A stretch of 64,000 bases of DNA from Akkermansiaceae bacterium. Its GTDB lineage: Bacteria; Verrucomicrobiota; Verrucomicrobiia; Verrucomicrobiales; Akkermansiaceae. Under the pieces are notes generated by a model, which was not told the DNA's origin, did no database searches, and saw only the letters and a list, made by a program, of their open reading frames with translations. The DNA lies in the NCBI GenBank assembly GCA_051251915.1, contig JBPOGF010000005.1, positions 32,001 through 96,000 of the forward strand. Direction: 5' to 3'. The translations under genes were made by a program, and so were the position numbers. Shown in pieces: positions 58,764 through 64,000 of the stretch. Every line of letters begins with the position of its first letter. Positions within the stretch are counted from its first letter, which is position 1.

Positions 58764-60428
58764 TTAAACGAGAAATTTGATTGATTTGAGCTTAGCGTGA
58801 GAGTCCGCCATCCGTGCTGCTAAGATATGTGCACAGGGGCCCTGCATGAGTTTGTTTTGTGAGAAGAAATTACAGTTACAGGTGGCACTGGTGATGCGTT
58901 CATCTGCATCTATTGCGACTCTGACGGTGTAGACTTTGTTGGTGTCTTTTACTGTGGAGGTGAGGATTTGCTGACCATTTTCGATGCGTGATTTTACGCT
59001 TACGTTGCCTTGATCGATGAGTTGTTTGGCTTCTTTTTCGCGGTCGTTTTGGTAGCGGAGTTTATTGAGAGGTAGTGGGTCTGCGGAGAGTTCGCGGAGT
59101 CGCCAGAGTTTGTTTGCTCCGTCGTAGATGACGCGGCCTTCTTGGGTTGCGATGGCTAGTGCGCCGAGGGTGAGGCTGCGGTCCATGCCGGTTGATTTGG
59201 CAAGATCATCTGCGGTAGCGCTCCAGGTTTCGTGGAGTTTGGTGATGACTAGGCTGACTTGGTCTGCGGTAACTTCTGCGCGTGGTGCGAGGAGGTCGAA
59301 GTTGGCTGAGCGGGACCAGTCGTTGGCAGTCCAGCCGGAGAGGCCGAGGGTGAAGTTCATATCGCCATCGCCGATGTTGACTCTCCAGAAGCTAGGCATT
59401 CCGTTACCTAAGAGGCTGACGTGAATGCTGCTGGCTACTGGGATGAGGCGCTCTAGGGTGAAGAGTCTGCGTCTGCCCCAGAGTCTGATGGTTTGTTCTG
59501 TGTGGCCTAGGTAGACTGAGCGTGGGCAGGAAATTTTATCTCCCCAGGGGTCTATTTCTATGACGAGGGGTTGGCCGGGTTTGAGGTGGAAGCGTAGTGA
59601 TCTGGGGCCGTGGGTTTCCTTTTTCCTGCGCATGTGGAAGAGGATGTTGTGGAGGTCCATGGGGTGGAGCTGGGTCTCGGCGGATTGCATGGTCTGGGCT
59701 GCGCTTACTTGGAGGAAGCCTCGTACCCAGGTGTCTGGGAGATCTATTTTTACTTCGCGGTGTTCTTCGTCTTTTCCGGTTTCTACGGAGAAGCCTTCTG
59801 GGTCGATGGTGAGGAAGGTTTCTTTGTAATTTCTGATTTTCTGGAATTCATCGTAGAGTGCGGCGGAGTAGTCGACATTGGTGGTGCCGCAGGAGAAGTC
59901 ACCGAGGGAGTCGAATACATTATGGCTGCATGATAGCTTGCCGTATGATGATTCATCGACGCTGAAGCACTCGAAGAATATTTCGTCTGGGTGGATGGTG
60001 ATGACGGGATCTAGGACGAACCACCAGTCACGGTTGGCGGTGTAGAGGTATTTGAAGTATTTGTTCTGAGCCTTGTAGAATGGCTTCATGTGTTTCATCT
60101 CAGTCTGGGTCAAGAGGTTCATTTCTTCGCTGAGCTGAGCGACTTTTGACTTGTTTGATGACTGCTGTGACATGAACTCTGCGAGCCAGCCGTCTTCTTG
60201 TGACTTGAGCCATTCTTGGTATTCTGTGGAGCTTCTTGGGGTGTAGCGTTGGTCTGAGATGACGATGTCGTGGAGTGCGGAGATGGCTTCGCGGTAGGGG
60301 AGTTTGTTGTTTAGCTTGCCGTGAAACCAGGCTGGGTCGCGGCGGGCATCTGGGACGAATTCCATCTGAGTTTTGCCTGCGCTGTTGGCGACTTTCGAGA
60401 AGCCTCGGTATTTGTATTCGAAGATCAT
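58764..60428 (-). CDS. SWIM zinc-finger protein (retron-associated)
   Basis: C-terminal CNC...GPCAH SWIM motif; LDPVITIHPD, CFSVDESSYG, WVRGFLQV, LGLSGWTANDW. Confidence 0.88.
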   Translation of the reverse strand: MIFEYKYRGFSKVANSAGKTQMEFVPDARRDPAWFHGKLNNKLPYREAISALHDIVISDQRYTPRSSTEYQEWLKSQEDGWLAEFMSQQSSNKSKVAQLSEEMNLLTQTEMKHMKPFYKAQNKYFKYLYTANRDWWFVLDPVITIHPDEIFFECFSVDESSYGKLSCSHNVFDSLGDFSCGTTNVDYSAALYDEFQKIRNYKETFLTIDPEGFSVETGKDEEHREVKIDLPDTWVRGFLQVSAAQTMQSAETQLHPMDLHNILFHMRRKKETHGPRSLRFHLKPGQPLVIEIDPWGDKISCPRSVYLGHTEQTIRLWGRRRLFTLERLIPVASSIHVSLLGNGMPSFWRVNIGDGDMNFTLGLSGWTANDWSRSANFDLLAPRAEVTADQVSLVITKLHETWSATADDLAKSTGMDRSLTLGALAIATQEGRVIYDGANKLWRLRELSADPLPLNKLRYQNDREKEAKQLIDQGNVSVKSRIENGQQILTSTVKDTNKVYTVRVAIDADERITSATCNCNFFSQNKLMQGPCAHILAARMADSHAKLKSIKFLV

Positions 60429-63400
60429 GAGCGGACCTCCCGGGTTTCTAGATCGATGAGTTTTAGGTCAGAATAGAAGTTGAGGTTGAGTTCTGGCCAG
60501 GTGCGCTGGGTGTTTAGGATGGCTTCTAGGCAGGTTGCTTTATCTCCGATGGCGCAGGTTGCGGCGTGGTCATGCCAGAGTTGGATGGCCATGACTGCGA
60601 CGTCTTGATTTTTCTCTGCTTCTTGTTTTAGAAACATGGAGACGCGGTCTTTTGCAACTCTTCCTGAGCTGACGGCACCCATTACGGTGCGGAAGTAGAA
60701 TTCTAGGTTGAGGATGATTTCTGGTTGGTCGCTGGCGGTTTGCTTGAGGAAGTGGGTGGCGAACTGCTGCATCTCACGGGTTGGGTGCTGGCTGAGCTTG
60801 GTGAGGTAGATTTCACCGTCTTGTTCTCTGAACCTTTTGGTGATCATTTCTCTGCCGAAGTCTTGGACGCGTGGTTTGACGCTATCGCAGAGGTCGACTA
60901 ATGCTTCTACTGTCCAGCGCTCTTCTGGGACGCGATTTCTGAGGAAGTCCATGCCGAAGTCGCGGACGTCATCCCATTCAGATTCGACTAGTTGGCGCGT
61001 CTCTGAGAGCTGCATCATTAGGCGTTCTGGGTTCTTGTGAAGGTGTGAGATGATCTGCTTGCGTAGTGCTTGATGTGGGTGGTTGGCCCATTCTAGGACT
61101 TGGAGGAGTGGTTCGTCATCGAGCTTGGTTTCGCGTTCCAGTAGGTGAAGTCCGAGAACGTGGGCTGCGGCATATTTTGACTTTAGCATGCGGCGGAATG
61201 TGTCTTCTGGTATGGCGGTGAGGGAGCTGCGAAGTGGGCCTAATAGGATGGCGAGGACGTCATCATGGATGCCTTCGGATGCTTCTTTGCGAACTACAAA
61301 TGGGTAGAGGCTTTCGACCATTTCGCGTCCGAAGCTGGGCTGGGCGGCTACGAGGCGTTTTAGGATGGGGAGTATTCCTTGGCGGAGTTCGGCAGATTTA
61401 GATGCGCAGCAACTGGCGATGAGATCTGATTGTTCGATGAGTTGTTCATCACTGAATGCTTCTAGTAGGCTGACGCCTTGGGCACGGATGGAGGCGTGTT
61501 CTGACTCGATGGCATTGATGATAATTTGTTCGGGGACGACTTTGCCTGTTTGGGCGTAGTGCCGGTAACAGTGGAGGGCATACCACTGGGATTCTTCATC
61601 TTGGCTGGCGAGGAGTCTGTTTAGCTCTGACTGCTCTACGAGGTCAGCGGTGTGTTTGTAATTTAGTAAGGCTAGGGTCTGGATGGCTAGCTGGGCTGAG
61701 CGTGTGGGTGTTGAGTTGGTGGGGAATAGGGATGCTATTTCGGTGAAGATGTTGGGGATATTTTTTCGTATGTATAGGCCGCGTAGGCGCTCGTGGATTG
61801 CTATTTGTGGGCTGGTGAAAATTTTCGCTAAGAACTGTGGTTGAGTGAGTGTGGCGTCGATGGCTTGGGGTAGGTAGGTGAATCCTATGGTGTGGGCTTC
61901 ATCGAGGTTTGAGAGGATGAGTGCTTCTAGGAGCTTGTAGTTGGGTTGTTTTGGGTTCCAGAATTTATCGACAAGTTCTAAGCCTAGTCGCTTGGTGTCA
62001 TCATAGAATGAGCTGATGAAATGGACGATGTCTGTGGCTTGGACTTCATTTACGAAGTTGGGGTTTGCTAGCCAGACGGCATTTGCGAATCGATGCACTT
62101 CGTTAAGTTTGGCATGACTTAGTAGGTGAATGATGGCGTCTGGTGCTTGGTCCCAGAATTCTTGGTATGGTTCTTCGCGGAGTTCCTTGATGTCATCATT
62201 TGGCGAGGTTCCTTCTAGGTATGACCAATGGAGGCTTTTAGGGGAGAACTGAAGGCGTGGAGAGTTTCCTCTGAGTATCCATGTGAGGCAGTGGAGGTTG
62301 CCGTAGCGTGGGGCATGCTTTTGGTATTGCTGAAAGCGCCTTGTCTTTTGATTATAGGAGTAGGCTGTGGTCTGTTGTAGCAGGTGGGTGGGTAGAGCTT
62401 CGCTTGCTGAGGCGAGGATGCCCGTGGCCTGGGTGATGTAGCTTGCGATGTCTTTATCTTGACCCATTTTGGTTAGGCTAGATACTGAGCGTTTTTTGAA
62501 ATAGCGTTTTGTGTTTGAGCTGAAGACGCCTTTGCGCACTAGTTGCTGTGTGTTGCCGATGAATTCCCATCGTTCTGAGGAGCGGCAGGCTTCGACTTCT
62601 AGGCGGTTTACGAGCGTTCCGAGCATCATGCCGTCATGCCTGACTTCGCTGAGTTTATAGAGTAAGCGTAGGAGGCGGAAGGTGCCTTCATCTATTTTGA
62701 CCTGAGCTGCGAAATCTATGAGATGTGGGCTAATGGATGAGTCTAGAAGGCTGATGCTGTAGAGGATCTCCATGTTTACTGGAGCACTGGCATCTTTATA
62801 GAAGGTGGGGCTTTTTAGGTATTCAGAAAATTGGTCAGAGGTAAGTTTTTCTTTTGTGTCTTGGGAGAGTTTTTCTTTTTGTTGGTCTAGGAATGTGAGG
62901 GCATCGGGCTTTGGAAGGCAGAGGATCCGGGCTTCACGGATCATTCGTTTTACTGGTTTTTCATCGGTGATTTTTTCAAGCGCGTCTAGTATGGTGGTGC
63001 TTGTGGTGCTTGTGGTGCTTTTGTCTCCGATGCGAGCGATGGTCCAGGCGATGGAATATTTCTCAATTTGGGTGAGCTTTGTGGTTATATGCTTAGCGAT
63101 TAATGGTAGGGCGGATTTGATCTGAAGTTGGCCAGCTCGCCAAATTACGCGTGAGAGTGACCAGTTTGTTTTAGAGACTTGTGGTGTCCATTTTGCTAGG
63201 CGGGTTAGTATTGCGGCTTTTTGTTCGGGGGTGGCGAGGCATGTATCGGCTTCATCTGGTTCAGGACTCGGTTCTGGTGCTGTTGTGGAGTCTGTGGAGG
63301 GTGGATGAGTGTGGGATGTTGAGTTGTCCAGGTAGCCTTTGTCGGTTTTCTGTTTCACGAGTCTTGTGAACATGATCTCGGCAACAGCAAGATCTACAGG

Positions 63401-63559
63401 GAAAGCGGTCTTGGTGCCTTCACGTAATCTGCTGCCGGCTTTACCGAATCTGAAGTTTACTACGTACTCGTCATCAGCAGACTGACAGAGGTCGACTTCG
63501 TAAACTTTATCCGAAGTTCCTTTTGTAAAAAGCAATTTAGTCTGTTTTATAATACGCAC
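60425..63559 (-). CDS. WGR-like domain plus ARM/HEAT-like helical repeat protein (retron-associated)
   Basis: N-terminal SDKVYEVDL...VNFRFGK.G..LREGTKT...K..KGY; long helical-repeat body; 4-bp overlap with the SWIM gene; GTG start. Confidence 0.85.
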   Translation of the reverse strand: MRIIKQTKLLFTKGTSDKVYEVDLCQSADDEYVVNFRFGKAGSRLREGTKTAFPVDLAVAEIMFTRLVKQKTDKGYLDNSTSHTHPPSTDSTTAPEPSPEPDEADTCLATPEQKAAILTRLAKWTPQVSKTNWSLSRVIWRAGQLQIKSALPLIAKHITTKLTQIEKYSIAWTIARIGDKSTTSTTSTTILDALEKITDEKPVKRMIREARILCLPKPDALTFLDQQKEKLSQDTKEKLTSDQFSEYLKSPTFYKDASAPVNMEILYSISLLDSSISPHLIDFAAQVKIDEGTFRLLRLLYKLSEVRHDGMMLGTLVNRLEVEACRSSERWEFIGNTQQLVRKGVFSSNTKRYFKKRSVSSLTKMGQDKDIASYITQATGILASASEALPTHLLQQTTAYSYNQKTRRFQQYQKHAPRYGNLHCLTWILRGNSPRLQFSPKSLHWSYLEGTSPNDDIKELREEPYQEFWDQAPDAIIHLLSHAKLNEVHRFANAVWLANPNFVNEVQATDIVHFISSFYDDTKRLGLELVDKFWNPKQPNYKLLEALILSNLDEAHTIGFTYLPQAIDATLTQPQFLAKIFTSPQIAIHERLRGLYIRKNIPNIFTEIASLFPTNSTPTRSAQLAIQTLALLNYKHTADLVEQSELNRLLASQDEESQWYALHCYRHYAQTGKVVPEQIIINAIESEHASIRAQGVSLLEAFSDEQLIEQSDLIASCCASKSAELRQGILPILKRLVAAQPSFGREMVESLYPFVVRKEASEGIHDDVLAILLGPLRSSLTAIPEDTFRRMLKSKYAAAHVLGLHLLERETKLDDEPLLQVLEWANHPHQALRKQIISHLHKNPERLMMQLSETRQLVESEWDDVRDFGMDFLRNRVPEERWTVEALVDLCDSVKPRVQDFGREMITKRFREQDGEIYLTKLSQHPTREMQQFATHFLKQTASDQPEIILNLEFYFRTVMGAVSSGRVAKDRVSMFLKQEAEKNQDVAVMAIQLWHDHAATCAIGDKATCLEAILNTQRTWPELNLNFYSDLKLIDLETREVRS

Positions 63560-63667
63560 TCAACTAACCATTAAAGAATGGTTACTGGCTCGGCAAGCTC
63601 ATTCTAACGAGAACGAGAGGTAGCGGTGGGGGATAAGTAGAAAGGGGGGATTTCTTGCTATCCGATA

Positions 63668-64000
63668 TTAGCAATCCAGTTTTTGGCTGGTGTGGTTGCT
63701 GTGGGTGCGGGATGGTGTGGAGCCGAAGATCTCTAGGATTTCTGCCGCGTCTTTTGCTTCAGAGAGGTTCTGGCGGATCTCGCAGTTATTAAACATCTTG
63801 GCGATGGCGGAGAGCGCTTGGAGGTGGAGGTGGTAGCCCTTTTTGGGGACGATGAAGAGGAGGATGAATTTTACAGGGGCATTGTCGATGGCGTCGAAGT
63901 TGATGCCTTTTTCTGATCTGCCGAAGATGGCGATGACTTCTTCAAGTTTGTCTGAGAATGCGTGTGGGATGGCGACGCCTGAACCGATGCCAGTGCTGGT
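63668..64000 (-). CDS. PTS system IIA component (Fru/Ntr type), 5'-truncated by the window edge
   Basis: Manual translation TSTGIGSGVAIPHA...GRSEKGINFDAIDNAPV...HLQALSAIA; not in the ORF track. Confidence 0.9.
   Translation of the reverse strand, partial: TSTGIGSGVAIPHAFSDKLEEVIAIFGRSEKGINFDAIDNAPVKFILLFIVPKKGYHLHLQALSAIAKMFNNCEIRQNLSEAKDAAEILEIFGSTPSRTHSNHTSQKLDC

Overview
Bacterial chromosomal window, most likely from a Verrucomicrobiota (Rubritalea/Luteolibacter-like) genome. This is inferred from the double-length UvrA, the sulfatase, the DUF1080/DUF5060-like proteins and the Ser/Thr kinase-lectin fusion, and was not checked against a database. The + strand is strongly G/T-rich whichever way the genes point. 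Most genes are housekeeping or carbohydrate/envelope genes (ndh, cdd, hemF, lpxK, amidase, uvrA, pepP, ldhA, terC, recO, rluE, fbaA, PTS IIA), plus an iron-uptake triad behind a Fur-box-like palindrome. Three things stand out. (1) A complete retron locus on the minus strand (63559->56961): a WGR/ARM-like protein, a SWIM Zn-finger protein, an unannotated ~220-nt msr-msd RNA (14-bp a1/a2 arms, perfect 27-bp hairpin) and a retron RT. It resembles type XIII retrons and has host-like composition. (2) A gene the ORF track truncates: an HMA-domain lipoprotein (43090-43431) with an in-frame UGA at the first metal-binding Cys position, followed by an fdhF-like SECIS hairpin, i.e. a candidate selenoprotein. 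(3) Two degenerate copies of the uvrA 3' end, both starting at the same KLVAE motif and interleaved with foreign-composition cargo genes, suggesting a recurrent insertion hotspot. No rRNA, tRNA or CRISPR array was seen.
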